From a virus, in IMG/VR virus record IMGVR_UViG_3300032164_000003, positions 1 to 64,000 of that record: 64,000 nt of DNA, one strand, 5' to 3'. Of the stretch, positions 54,593 through 64,000 are shown one piece after another. How positions within the stretch are numbered: position 1 is the stretch's first letter; each line of letters opens with the position of its first letter. The notes beneath the pieces were generated by a model. The model had not been told where the DNA came from. It did not search any database and worked only from the letters and a program-made list of their open reading frames with translations. Position numbers and translations under genes: made by a program.

Positions 54593-54598
54593 ATTATA
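54593..54598 (-). promoter_or_regulatory. -10 box TATAAT at the head of the minus-strand gene block
   Basis: TTTGTATAAT followed by AGGAGG SD and the ATG at 54562. Confidence 0.5.
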
Positions 54599-54719
54599 CA
54601 AAGATATTCGACATTTTCGTATAGAATTTTTCTATAACACCTTCGATACCAAATGAAAAATGAAATTTGTACGCACTATAAAATTATAAATTTATAGAAA
54701 ACGTGCTATCAACCTTATT

Positions 54720-55025
54720 GTAGGCGATACCACTAGTACTAGTAACCTAGCTATATGCACCTGGGCACATATACTAGGCATAGCACAAGTCCTATATCCT
54801 TTAGGGCTAATATTACACCTGGGGCCTAATATTAGGCCTTAAGGACTAGGCTATAGGCTATAGGCTATAGGCTATAGGCCTTGGGGCTAATATTACACCT
54901 AAGTCCTAATATTAGGCTTAAGGGTTAAATTACCATTATATAAGGACTAGTAGATAGATCTCCGCCCTCAGAGCCGGGCGTAGATCCTTATATCTAAGTC
55001 CTAGTCCTATAGGCTATAGGGCACA
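54720..55025. repeat. non-coding direct-repeat/palindrome region at the strand switch; candidate replication origin
   Basis: GGGCTAATATTACACCT at 54804 and 54884, each followed by the palindrome CCTAATATTAGG; (GGCTATA)x4 at 54849-54876; ACTAGTACTAGT; adjacent AT-rich tract. Confidence 0.65.
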
Positions 55026-55191
55026 ATTGAAATATAAACTAAGGAGTCGTGGAACCCGACCTGATTCCGGGGGTGTTGATTAAACAGATGGCAGGCCTTG
55101 ACGCACTGCGTCATACAAAACGCACATATTTTCTTTCAGAACACGGGGAAGGGAGTATGATATCTGGTGTCGCTGACGATAGGAGAAATCA

Positions 55192-55905
55192 ATGGCGAAA
55201 AAGAATGGTGGTAAAAATACTAAGTCCGTTCCAACACAGTATGACCCGGCTGAAGACGTCGAGAAATTAGCCAAAACGCTTATCCCGAAAAATCACTCGC
55301 ATTTGGTTACCTGCAAGATCGCGTATCTTTACAAAAATAAAGCTATAAAATTGAAGGGCCGTGATGTTGCAGCGACGGCTGAGAAGGTACCCCAGAAGCA
55401 CCGTACATTGTCTGGCTATCACTTTTTGATTACTGTGGCGTACCCCACATGGAAGGAGCTTGACGATAAAATTCGGCTTGCTGTTTTGGACCATGAGCTA
55501 GAGCACTGCTTCGTCGAGGATGATGAAAAGACCGGTGAGCCGAAGTATTCGATCCTTCCCCACGATGTTGAAGAGTTTAGTTCCATAATCCTTCGCCATG
55601 GGTTGTACACTGTGGACCTAATTCGGTTGGGCACAGTTGTGCAGGATGCCATGGAAAACATGCCCAAGGATGTAATTGTAAAAAAGCTTGGGGACACGAC
55701 GACCAAGCCAGCCGCAGCTGACGAAGAAGATCCGGTTGACAAAGCTATGGATCGTTCACATAATGAAAAGCGGAAGGACAAACCAAACGGATCGCTAAAA
55801 GTAAAGAAGACAAAGCCGTCGAGAGATGACACAAATTACACTGAAGATGAGGACGGCGGAGACGAGAACGAAGGATCGGATTTTATTGCTGACGAAGATA
55901 TTTAA
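55192..55905 (+). CDS. putative phage metallopeptidase-family protein with acidic tail
   Basis: DHELEH zinc motif and PHDVEEF; AGGAG SD. Confidence 0.8.
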   Translation: MAKKNGGKNTKSVPTQYDPAEDVEKLAKTLIPKNHSHLVTCKIAYLYKNKAIKLKGRDVAATAEKVPQKHRTLSGYHFLITVAYPTWKELDDKIRLAVLDHELEHCFVEDDEKTGEPKYSILPHDVEEFSSIILRHGLYTVDLIRLGTVVQDAMENMPKDVIVKKLGDTTTKPAAADEEDPVDKAMDRSHNEKRKDKPNGSLKVKKTKPSRDDTNYTEDEDGGDENEGSDFIADEDI

Positions 55906-55917
55906 TGGGGACCTAAT

Positions 55918-56760
55918 ATGCTGCTAAATCGCTCCATTTTTGTCGGGGATAACCTCGTTGTGTTAAATCGGCTACCGACAGAATCTGTAGATTTAATTTA
56001 TATCGATCCTCCTTTCAATACACACAAAATGCGTACGTACACACGGTTAAGAACGGATAAAGATCCGTCTGGAGATCGCACCGGCTTTGGTGGAAAGCGC
56101 TATCGTTCTTCTGCGCGTGGTACACAGCAGTACGCAGATAGCTTCGAAGATTACATTTCTTTTCTTGAACCCCGCTTGAACCGCGCATACAATCTGTTAA
56201 CGCCTACAGGATCTTTATTTTTCCATATAGACTACCGGGAGTCGCATTACTGTAAGATCCTGTTGGACAAGATTTTTGGGCGTGACTGTTTTCAGAACGA
56301 GATCATCTGGGCCTACGATTACGGTGGAAGGTCCAAAACTAAGTGGCCGTGCAAACACGACACGATCTTTTGGTACACCAAACACCCCACTAAGTTTACA
56401 TTTAACTATTCGGAGATCGACCGTATTCCATACATGGCTCCCGGCTTGGTTGGCCCAGAAAAGGCCAAGCGTGGAAAGACGATTACAGACACGTGGTGGC
56501 ACACCATCGTGCCGACCAATGGCCGCGAGCGCACCGGCTATCCTACACAGAAGCCAATTGGAATTTTGAAGCGTATTATTTCTGTTCACTCAAATCCCGG
56601 AGATATGGTTCTAGACTTCTTTGCTGGCGCTGGAACTACCGGAGAGGCGGCAGCGGTCCTGGGGCGAGCCTTTGTCCTCGTAGATAATAATCTTACAGCG
56701 ATAAGAGTAATGCAGAAGCGCCTCCAGAAATATTCTGTTCGATTAATTAAGATTCAGTAG
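55918..56760 (+). CDS. DNA amino-methyltransferase (N6-A/N4-C, beta class)
   Basis: IYIDPPF precedes YPTQKP and LDFFAGAGTT. Confidence 0.92.
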   Translation: MLLNRSIFVGDNLVVLNRLPTESVDLIYIDPPFNTHKMRTYTRLRTDKDPSGDRTGFGGKRYRSSARGTQQYADSFEDYISFLEPRLNRAYNLLTPTGSLFFHIDYRESHYCKILLDKIFGRDCFQNEIIWAYDYGGRSKTKWPCKHDTIFWYTKHPTKFTFNYSEIDRIPYMAPGLVGPEKAKRGKTITDTWWHTIVPTNGRERTGYPTQKPIGILKRIISVHSNPGDMVLDFFAGAGTTGEAAAVLGRAFVLVDNNLTAIRVMQKRLQKYSVRLIKIQ

Positions 56761-56826
56761 TTTAAACTACCAGCTTTGTGGTTGTAGAATGTCCCAGCGT
56801 GTAAGTACTAACCTGGAGGCCATTCT

Positions 56827-57321
56827 ATGACTAAAGTGTTCGATCTGTTCGGTGGAAAAAAGTACTTCTTGGCGCTGTTCTTCTACGCCGCAGTTACTGT
56901 CGGCTTCTTCCTGCGCTGGGTTCCTGATGCGACGTGGCTAAACGCATTGGAATGGTGCCTGGCTATCTATCTCGGTGCAAACGCAATCAAGGGCATTCCC
57001 GATGCACTCGCCCGAGACGGGGTTGTAGAAAACGGAGACAATAAATTCTTCGATTGGTTTGGCGGACGCAAGATGTTTTTGGCCATTGTGTTTGTTCTGA
57101 CGATCTGCGCTGCGTTCTTTATCCCAGCCGATCCTAAATTCTTGACTGTGGATCAGTGGATCGGTGGCTTGGAATGGTGCCTAGCAATCTATCTTGGTGC
57201 TAACGTGGTGAGCGCTGTTCCAGAATTTCTCACTCGGAAGACCACACCAGAGGGTACTGCGGTTCCTACCGTTCCGGTGATCCCGTCCGTACAGCCAACT
57301 ACACCGCCAACCATCGCCTAG
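56827..57321 (+). CDS. holin-like membrane protein built from two tandem 2-TM units
   Basis: FD.FGG.K.FLA...W...LEWCLAIYLGAN occurs twice. Confidence 0.55.
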   Translation: MTKVFDLFGGKKYFLALFFYAAVTVGFFLRWVPDATWLNALEWCLAIYLGANAIKGIPDALARDGVVENGDNKFFDWFGGRKMFLAIVFVLTICAAFFIPADPKFLTVDQWIGGLEWCLAIYLGANVVSAVPEFLTRKTTPEGTAVPTVPVIPSVQPTTPPTIA

Positions 57322-57548
57322 TGCTCCGTACGCCCACCCAACAACGCTGAGAGTCTATTTGACAGTTCCTCATTCTCCTTCCTTAGCCGGGTGATCTCTT
57401 CCCGAAGTTCCTTGACCTTCCAGGCTAACTGCGCGACAGATTCGGTCACATCTTTTCCTAGGAGCAGGCGGGCATTTTCATCCTGAAGCTTAGCGGTAGC
57501 TTTCTTCAAGTCTTCCAATGCTTCCAATGAGTCTTTTTGAGATGCCAT
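57318..57548 (-). CDS. small coiled-coil protein
   Basis: AAGGAGG SD before MASQK; has its own promoter. Confidence 0.65.
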   Translation of the reverse strand: MASQKDSLEALEDLKKATAKLQDENARLLLGKDVTESVAQLAWKVKELREEITRLRKENEELSNRLSALLGGRTEH

Positions 57549-57569
57549 GTTTTCCTCCTTCATACTTAC

Positions 57570-57597
57570 ATTGTAAGTCTTTCTGGCAAGTTGTAAA
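57570..57597 (-). promoter_or_regulatory. sigma70-type promoter TTTACA-N16-TACAAT
   Basis: Minus strand CTTTACAACTTGCCAGAAAGACTTACAAT. Confidence 0.55.
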
Positions 57598-57689
57598 GAA
57601 GAAATTTTCCCAACAGAAGTTAATGACGTAAGTTAACATACTTTCAATAACTTGGGTTATACATAGGTAGGCAAACAAAGGAAATAACC

Positions 57690-58223
57690 ATGTCAAATAA
57701 ATTTAGGGTCGAAGCACAGGAAAGTGGTGGAGGCGGTGTCCTTCCCGGTGGTGGCATGTCGGAAGAGGAAATTCAGCAGCTTGAGCAGTCCGCGCCGCCT
57801 GCTGCTGCTCCGGGCAACACATTGGAAGTTCTCTGGGCTGACTATCAACGAAGGGGCCAAGCGCTTACTGTAGAACTTACACTAGCAGATTCACAAAATA
57901 GATTGTACTCTGTTTCCGTGGCTCCTGACGGACAACAAATTCTTGTGTACCCAATTCAGCAAATCATGCGACCAGATTATAACTCTGGAGAGATGATTCC
58001 ACCCGCGCAGTCCGGGGAACCGAATTGGGATGCTGTAACACAAAAGTATTTCCCAGGTGGTTTTACAGAACTTCCATCCCAATTTCCTGAACCAGATGAG
58101 CGTACTATGGCATCGTCACGGAAGTCCCCCAATGACTTTTGGATGCGCGTGTTGGCCAATGTTCTTCGTGGCTACTCTCGTAGAACTGAGATACTACGGA
58201 AACTAAATCCGTATTTGCGATAG
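57690..58223 (+). CDS. hypothetical protein (N-terminal FRVEAQ motif)
   Basis: 177-aa ORF with AAGGA SD. Confidence 0.65.
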   Translation: MSNKFRVEAQESGGGGVLPGGGMSEEEIQQLEQSAPPAAAPGNTLEVLWADYQRRGQALTVELTLADSQNRLYSVSVAPDGQQILVYPIQQIMRPDYNSGEMIPPAQSGEPNWDAVTQKYFPGGFTELPSQFPEPDERTMASSRKSPNDFWMRVLANVLRGYSRRTEILRKLNPYLR

Positions 58224-58253
58224 TGAATTAACCACTAACGAAACGAGCACGAA

Positions 58254-58601
58254 ATGGAAACGCTGAAGAAGATCTGGCAATGGGTCACTACGCATCTCAA
58301 ATTGGTTAGTTTGTTCGCGGTAATTATTCTCCTTACAATATTCATTTTGTGGTGGGGCCGCAAGAATAGTAAGATCAGATCGCTGGAAAATCAACTTGCA
58401 ATATTGACAGCTAAGGTAAAGATAGAGAAGCTTGCTATGCAGTATGACGCCAAGGTCGCGGAATTGAAAACGCTCAAAGAAAAAGATGACAAGCTTAGTG
58501 CTGACATAGCAAGTATAGAAACTTCTCTCACCACTAGACTACGCCAAGATATGACCGCAGAAGAGATCGCCGCCAAGTTTAGAGAGATCGGTATACGGTA
58601 G
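58254..58601 (+). CDS. membrane-anchored coiled-coil protein (i-spanin-like)
   Basis: Single N-terminal TM helix followed by coiled coil. Confidence 0.5.
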   Translation: METLKKIWQWVTTHLKLVSLFAVIILLTIFILWWGRKNSKIRSLENQLAILTAKVKIEKLAMQYDAKVAELKTLKEKDDKLSADIASIETSLTTRLRQDMTAEEIAAKFREIGIR

Positions 58602-58609
58602 AGGCTACC

Positions 58610-59017
58610 ATGCTAAAGATCATATCATTATTATTGGTAGGCTTCTGCGTTCCGGTCGCTTCAATGGCTGCGGACCTAGATGTTCGGGCGCATGACATTG
58701 ACGGAACGGCTTTTGTTTGTTTCACACAGAACGATGCGCGGGATCTTCTGCAACTGACATTAGACTTTCCAAAGCTAACGCTTGAACTTTCTAAGTATAA
58801 AGAGCTTGCGGATGTAAAAGATAAAGAGATACTTACGTTAAAGGACATGAACTTAAATCTAAATCAACAGAACAGTGTATATGTAGATGAGAATGTGCGG
58901 CTGCACGAAGAGAACGAATCCATGAACAAGTGGTACCGCAGTCCATATCTCTGGTTCTGTGTGGGACTTTTTGTCGGCGCTGGTATAAGTATTGGTATCG
59001 CCCTGGCTGTAAAGTAG
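58610..59017 (+). CDS. exported coiled-coil protein with C-terminal TM (spanin-like partner)
   Basis: Signal-peptide-like N-terminus; WYRSPYLWFCVGLFVGAG tail. Confidence 0.5.
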   Translation: MLKIISLLLVGFCVPVASMAADLDVRAHDIDGTAFVCFTQNDARDLLQLTLDFPKLTLELSKYKELADVKDKEILTLKDMNLNLNQQNSVYVDENVRLHEENESMNKWYRSPYLWFCVGLFVGAGISIGIALAVK

Positions 59018-59024
59018 GTGCCAC

Positions 59025-59771
59025 GTGAAAGGTATAATTTTAGCTGGTGGCACCGGCTCTCGCATGCTTCCTGTAACTAAGGTAACCAATAAGCACTTGC
59101 TGCCAGTAGGCAAGAAGCCAATGATTTTCCACGCTATCGAAAAATTGGTACGCGCGAAAATCACAGACATTCTTGTAATTACTGGAACAGATCATATGGG
59201 CGATATGATCGCGTGCCTTGGGTCTGGGAATAGTTTTGGTTGCCAACTAACATACCGTGTACAGGATACAGCCGGCGGCATTGCACAGGCATTAGGCCTA
59301 GCGCGCGATTTCTGTAGCGGTCAGGACATGTGCGTTCTTTTAGGGGATAATATATTTGAGGATAGCCTGACCCCGTGGATCGAAGAATACAATAAACAAG
59401 GGCGTGGAGCACACGTTGTACTTAAAGAGGTCAGCGATCCCAGTCGCTACGGTGTTGCTGTTGTAGCTAATAATAAGCTTGTTGAGATTGTAGAGAAACC
59501 TACACTAGATATGATAACAGGTATAATTTCATCTTACTCTCATATCTATGCAGTTACTGGGATATATTTTTACGACAAAAATGTGTTCGATATAATTGCT
59601 TCATTGAAGCCGTCCGGCCGGGATGAACTTGAAATAACAGATGTAAATAATGCTTACAACGCACTGGGTGTACTTACGTATTCGGTAGCCCCTGGGTGGT
59701 GGTCGGATGCAGGAACTTTTCCTTCATGGTTTTTGGCCAATCAACTCGTAATGAAGAATGACACATGGTAG
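59025..59771 (+). CDS. glucose-1-phosphate thymidylyltransferase (RmlA/SpsI-like)
   Basis: GIILAGGTGSR, KHLLPV, LGDN, EKP, PSGR.ELEITD, W.DAGT. Confidence 0.92.
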   Translation: MKGIILAGGTGSRMLPVTKVTNKHLLPVGKKPMIFHAIEKLVRAKITDILVITGTDHMGDMIACLGSGNSFGCQLTYRVQDTAGGIAQALGLARDFCSGQDMCVLLGDNIFEDSLTPWIEEYNKQGRGAHVVLKEVSDPSRYGVAVVANNKLVEIVEKPTLDMITGIISSYSHIYAVTGIYFYDKNVFDIIASLKPSGRDELEITDVNNAYNALGVLTYSVAPGWWSDAGTFPSWFLANQLVMKNDTW

Positions 59772-60364
59772 TTCTATATAAAAAGAGAACCAATAAGAGT
59801 CCGCAGACGGTCCGCAATAAGATCAAAGATTGTAGGCAAGAAGGACGTTGTCCCGCTTGCGGAGAAGGCCTCAAACTTACTGAGGCGGGAAAAGATCGAG
59901 ATACATTTGCCTGTCAGAAATGTAAAGCTACAGTAACATTTACCAAGTCTCCATTTGAGCAGCCGTCGCAGAGAAAGCATGAAAAGCGGATGGGCGCGAT
60001 CACGCTACGTGACAAATCTACGCGATCAACATACAAAGAAAGCCCGAGTGAGTTTGGTCTTTCGTCTACAGCAGATGTGGCGGCACTGTCCAAAATACGT
60101 GAATGCATGACCGATCATAGTCTTATCAATTTTGATTATACTGATAGCAACAAGATTACTACGGCCCGAACGGTAGAGCCATATAAGCTTACAAAAAGGA
60201 ATGGTGATATAATACTTTATGGTTACGATGTAGAAGGAAACGGAATTCGCGTATTCAAAATTTCCAGAATCGCAGCACTGGAGAAACAATCATATTCGTT
60301 CAAGCCACGATGGGAAATAGAAGATAAGCTAATCCGGAAGGACGATAATGCCGAAGTATCTTGA
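59765..60364 (+). CDS. WYL domain protein with N-terminal Zn ribbon
   Basis: CPACG..CQKC; F.Y......T.RTVEPY.L......LYGYD....IRVFKISRI. Confidence 0.85.
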   Translation: MVVLYKKRTNKSPQTVRNKIKDCRQEGRCPACGEGLKLTEAGKDRDTFACQKCKATVTFTKSPFEQPSQRKHEKRMGAITLRDKSTRSTYKESPSEFGLSSTADVAALSKIRECMTDHSLINFDYTDSNKITTARTVEPYKLTKRNGDIILYGYDVEGNGIRVFKISRIAALEKQSYSFKPRWEIEDKLIRKDDNAEVS

Positions 60365-62285
60365 AAATCCGGATGGTTCAAGTAGGCGTGATATATTCGA
60401 GGGGATCTCTAGTCTGCTTGCCGGAAAAGTGCATGTACAACCGAAGAGTAAGGGACGTGTTCAACTTGAATTAGCGTCCAGTCCATTAATATTTATAGAA
60501 TCCCCGCGCTTTCTTGATGGCCCAACCTTACACTACCCGCAGTACGCAGTAGTCCGTGATTTCTTCGAATTGCTTTGCCCACACTGTAATGATATAGATG
60601 AGCTACACGAAAAAACTACAATGGATCGTGCAGGAGAGATCTTACTGGATTACGGGATCTGTGCAAAGTGTGGCTTCAATAAATATGAAAATCCGGAAGC
60701 GTTCAATCACTACAATGAAATGGTTGGCGTGGTAGGCATGCGTGGTGGTAAGTCTGTGCTCGTAGCGTGTATGTCTGCTGCAATTCTACACGAACTTATA
60801 TGCGTAGAAAACCTGCAAGATAAACTTGGGTTGGTAAAGAGCCAGGAAATAGACGGGGCATTCGTAGCTGCGTCTGGAGAGCAGGCTAGTGAAACAATCT
60901 ACGGCCACTTTCGTGGCTTTTATGACAACAGCCCATGGTTTCAAGACTACAGAAAAAAGCTTATGGATCTGGAGATCACTGATCCTGATTTACGGAGGGG
61001 AGATCTATATTGGGAGACAGAGAAATCTATATTATTCAAAGAAAAGCGGATACGGATAAAATCACTTACCTCTAACTCTGGTTCTATCGCAGGAAAAACT
61101 AGAATATTTGCTGTTATCGACGAGATTTCTCGCATGGACGCGGGGGAGAGTCGGCGCAGTGCAACTGAAGTTTATCGCGTCTTGAAACGATCTCTTATTA
61201 CTATCAAATCTTCCGTTGAGCGGCGTCGCCAGAATGGGGACTATCAGATACCAGACGCGCGTATGTTTTGTATCTCATCTCCAATCTTTGAAGATGACAA
61301 GGCGATGCAGCTTTTGAAGATCGCTGAAAAGAATCACAAGATGTTTTCTTTTCACCGCACTACATGGGAATTCAACCCAGACATTACTAAAGAGGATCTG
61401 GCAGAAGAGTTCGCAACGGATCCAATTGGTGCGGAGCGCGATTACGCGGCAAATCCTCCCGGTGCGGAGAATCCATTTGTTACAAATCCAACAATTATTG
61501 AAATATGTGTAGACAAAAATAGAGTCAATACTGTCTCCACACGCGAAGACTTCTTCGAGGAGGAACTTGAGGGTTACAAGTTTAAGTATGTTAAGCCAAT
61601 CATCTTGAACGTGGCCTACAAAAATCTGTTCGATTACGTTATCCACTGCGATCCGGGCCACAAGGGAGATAGCTTCGGACTTGCTATTGGGCACAGGGAG
61701 GGAGAGAAGGTACTGATTGATGGAGCTATTGAGTGCCGCCCCATACCAAAAAATAATAGGCAGGGATTAGATCCAAGAGAGGTATATTTTCCTGCCATGA
61801 CAGATCTTATTTTAGATCTTTCCAAGAAACTTTCTATACGTTATGTTTCTTATGACCGCTGGAATTCTACAGAACAGATACAGCGTCTTAGGAAAGGTAA
61901 GATCCTGGCGTTTCAAAAAAACATTAATCGGGAAGATCATATGCGCTTTTTGAGTACCATGGTGAATAGGAGCATCGGATTTCCAAATCGCGAAAATGAA
62001 TTTTTGGATCCTTCAATTGCGCGGAGTATGCCCTGCTCCAAAGCACTCTGGGAACTCAAGAAGTTAAACGACAATGGACAAAAGGTGGACCACCCCGTTG
62101 GTGGGTCATCTGATATGGTTCAGTGCTATGTTGGTGTTCATCGATTATTGCTACATGCGGAAGAAGTGATAACGCCGCAGGAAATGCAAAAGGCACAGCG
62201 TAATAGAATGGGCAGATACAATAGCGGAAACGTTGGTCAAGTTATTAGGCTTCCCCAAAAGGGCAGCCGTCTGCAACGTCGGTAG
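60348..62285 (+). CDS. terminase large subunit
   Basis: Walker A GMRGGKS, Walker B AVIDE, motif III ISSP, TWEFNP, nuclease HCDPG, YDRWNS, DHP..GSSD. Confidence 0.85.
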   Translation: MPKYLENPDGSSRRDIFEGISSLLAGKVHVQPKSKGRVQLELASSPLIFIESPRFLDGPTLHYPQYAVVRDFFELLCPHCNDIDELHEKTTMDRAGEILLDYGICAKCGFNKYENPEAFNHYNEMVGVVGMRGGKSVLVACMSAAILHELICVENLQDKLGLVKSQEIDGAFVAASGEQASETIYGHFRGFYDNSPWFQDYRKKLMDLEITDPDLRRGDLYWETEKSILFKEKRIRIKSLTSNSGSIAGKTRIFAVIDEISRMDAGESRRSATEVYRVLKRSLITIKSSVERRRQNGDYQIPDARMFCISSPIFEDDKAMQLLKIAEKNHKMFSFHRTTWEFNPDITKEDLAEEFATDPIGAERDYAANPPGAENPFVTNPTIIEICVDKNRVNTVSTREDFFEEELEGYKFKYVKPIILNVAYKNLFDYVIHCDPGHKGDSFGLAIGHREGEKVLIDGAIECRPIPKNNRQGLDPREVYFPAMTDLILDLSKKLSIRYVSYDRWNSTEQIQRLRKGKILAFQKNINREDHMRFLSTMVNRSIGFPNRENEFLDPSIARSMPCSKALWELKKLNDNGQKVDHPVGGSSDMVQCYVGVHRLLLHAEEVITPQEMQKAQRNRMGRYNSGNVGQVIRLPQKGSRLQRR

Positions 62286-62384
62286 CGGGAGTAAACGTCA
62301 TTAGGCGAACGCACATGCTAGACGTTAGTTAAATTATATTCGTGTTGTAGTTGTAAGATCACACTTGCAGAAAGGAGTTATTTT

Positions 62385-62996
62385 ATGTATAAAGTTCAAA
62401 ATATTACATCAGGTAACCTGAGTTTGGATCTTGAGAATGGTGGAGCTATCACTTTACAATCTGGCCGCGCATTTGATCTTGAAGGATCGTGTTCTAGGGA
62501 ATGGCTTGAGGCAGATATTACCTTGAAAAGGCTAATTATTGCTGGGCATATAAAGCTGTTGCACGATTCTACAGAGGGTCTACCAGCACAACCTACCCAT
62601 GAAGTTGTAGCTATTCGCGCAGTACAGCCACCGGCTGTGATTCAAATTGTTACTGCCCCAGCGGAACTTCCACGGCAGCCTATTATTATAGATATCGGTG
62701 GAAAACCGGATCCGACTCCGGAAAGGTGCACGCCGGTAGAGGAAAAGGTAGAAGTTATTACTGTAAAAGAATCTCCGGTTGTTACTACTATCAATTCTGC
62801 CATAGACATCGTCCCGGTCAACTCGTCTGTTTTCGGATCTCGGACGAACACAGACGTACCAGTGGCAGACGTACCAGACGTACCAGACGTACCAGTGGCA
62901 GACGTACCAGCCACGGAAGACGAAGAACCAGCCATCAAAATTATTGATCCCGTAGAAAAGATCCTTGGCAAGAAAAAGAAGAACAGAAATAAGTAA
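62385..62996 (+). CDS. hypothetical protein with V/P/D low-complexity repeat
   Basis: AAGGAG SD; DVPVADVPDVPDVPVADVP. Confidence 0.65.
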   Translation: MYKVQNITSGNLSLDLENGGAITLQSGRAFDLEGSCSREWLEADITLKRLIIAGHIKLLHDSTEGLPAQPTHEVVAIRAVQPPAVIQIVTAPAELPRQPIIIDIGGKPDPTPERCTPVEEKVEVITVKESPVVTTINSAIDIVPVNSSVFGSRTNTDVPVADVPDVPDVPVADVPATEDEEPAIKIIDPVEKILGKKKKNRNK

Positions 62997-63011
62997 TTTT
63001 GGAGTGATACC

Positions 63012-64000
63012 ATGGCAACGTTCGAAGAACTGAAAGCAAAATTCGCGGCTATTGCTGCCGCACGCGGATTCATTCTTGAATCAGATTATAATGGAATCTG
63101 CCACGGGATCACTGATCAAGCACTCCTGAACCATGTGGCCCATTGGATTCTTAGCCAAGGTATTCCGCTAAAGAAGTGTGTTGGGCCACAGTATAAACAG
63201 GAACTTATGCGGCGGGTAAAGAATCCGCATGTTCGTGATGTTGTTGATACCAAAGATCGGACACATAACAATCCGGATAAGCTTCAGGAATCAAAGAAGA
63301 CATCTATTGAAGCACCAACGGATACAAAGCAGGCCACATTGAATTTGAACGATAAAATTGAGGACAACAAAGATAAAGATTTCAAAGAGCCGTTCCTTCC
63401 TCCCTGGAAGAAGCGCACGATAATGCTAAAGAAGGGCATGCGTGTGGAAGCATCTACATCTCCGGTCGCAGCTAGTTTGAAGTTGTATGCATTTATGCAG
63501 GAAAATCCGGAGGTATTTGATCTTCTTGTTGCAACCTTTGGTTTGGACGCGGCCACCTGGGACATTATGTACAATGCCGACGGCGTGCGGCAATATATTA
63601 ACACATCGGTTGTTCCATATCTACCAGATCGCGCATACTTGGACCCAAACACGTTCCCACAACTTTCTGGTATAAATCTTGGAAATCAGCAGGCGGCAGA
63701 ACAAGCACTGTCCACTATTGATGATGTAGATACGCTAAACAATATTGTTATGTCTTTGGAGCGCAGAGAATATTTCGAAGATCCAGCCGGTGCGACAGAG
63801 GAAACCTGGGACAAGATGCCATCAGGCACCCGAGAGATTGAGTTTGATGCCGCAAAGAAGGCAGTCCGGCAGGCTAAACTAGCAAGGGACCTTCCACATG
63901 TGGATTTTAGCAATCCTACAGCGTCTTTTGTTGTGGATATTGCGGATACTCCTGCCAAAAAGGCGGCAGGCCTAGAGACATTTGAGGCACTCGCAGCTGA
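63012..64000 (+). CDS. partial modular protein (runs off the window); internal MRVEAS motif and start of a DUF192-like domain
   Basis: Hand translation MATFEELKAK...KKGMRVEAST...FVVDIADTPAKKAAGLE; GGAG SD; missing from the ORF track because its stop is outside the window. Confidence 0.7.
   Translation, partial: MATFEELKAKFAAIAAARGFILESDYNGICHGITDQALLNHVAHWILSQGIPLKKCVGPQYKQELMRRVKNPHVRDVVDTKDRTHNNPDKLQESKKTSIEAPTDTKQATLNLNDKIEDNKDKDFKEPFLPPWKKRTIMLKKGMRVEASTSPVAASLKLYAFMQENPEVFDLLVATFGLDAATWDIMYNADGVRQYINTSVVPYLPDRAYLDPNTFPQLSGINLGNQQAAEQALSTIDDVDTLNNIVMSLERREYFEDPAGATEETWDKMPSGTREIEFDAAKKAVRQAKLARDLPHVDFSNPTASFVVDIADTPAKKAAGLETFEALAA

Noticed and set aside
55918-56760. Restriction-modification system
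   Set aside because: No cognate endonuclease is adjacent; an orphan phage methylase is more likely.
1-64000. Stop-codon reassignment, as seen in some large phages
   Set aside because: Known genes are full length under the standard code, TAG, TGA and TAA all end genes, and no suppressor tRNA was found.

Overview
A 64-kb fragment of a large dsDNA bacteriophage genome (terminase large subunit, phage-type replication genes, tRNAs, three inteins; standard genetic code). Positions 1-54.6 kb are read almost entirely on the minus strand and 55.2-64 kb mostly on the plus strand, with a repeat- and palindrome-rich non-coding switch region (candidate origin) between them. Modules from left to right: (1) an RNA locus at 1-6.2 kb with ten tRNAs, an RtcB RNA ligase, a Ro60/Rsr (TROVE-vWA) gene and, directly upstream of it, an unannotated tandem array of seven Y-RNA-like genes. 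These share a covarying Ro-binding scaffold but carry different inserts, including circularly permuted tRNA mimics. The Ro leader holds a permuted copy of the Ro-site motif beside its Shine-Dalgarno sequence. (2) Acidic, probably virion-associated modular proteins with a recurring (M/L)RVEA motif, including a ~1,355-aa GNAT + nucleotidyltransferase + DUF5661 protein. (3) Replication and recombination genes: class II RNR, SbcCD-like nuclease, SSB-like protein, RecA with a class-3-type intein, UDG-PolA with an Asp-terminated intein, primase Zn finger, DnaB, DnaC-like loader and an SF2 helicase. (4) A ~14-kb glycosylation island with ten glycosyl/pyruvyl transferases, a radical SAM enzyme and a methyltransferase. 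(5) DNA methylase, holin/spanin-like genes, RmlA-like enzyme, WYL protein and terminase. The most notable finding is the phage Ro60-RtcB-Y-RNA array system. All calls were made by eye from motifs and base-pairing; no database search or folding program was run.
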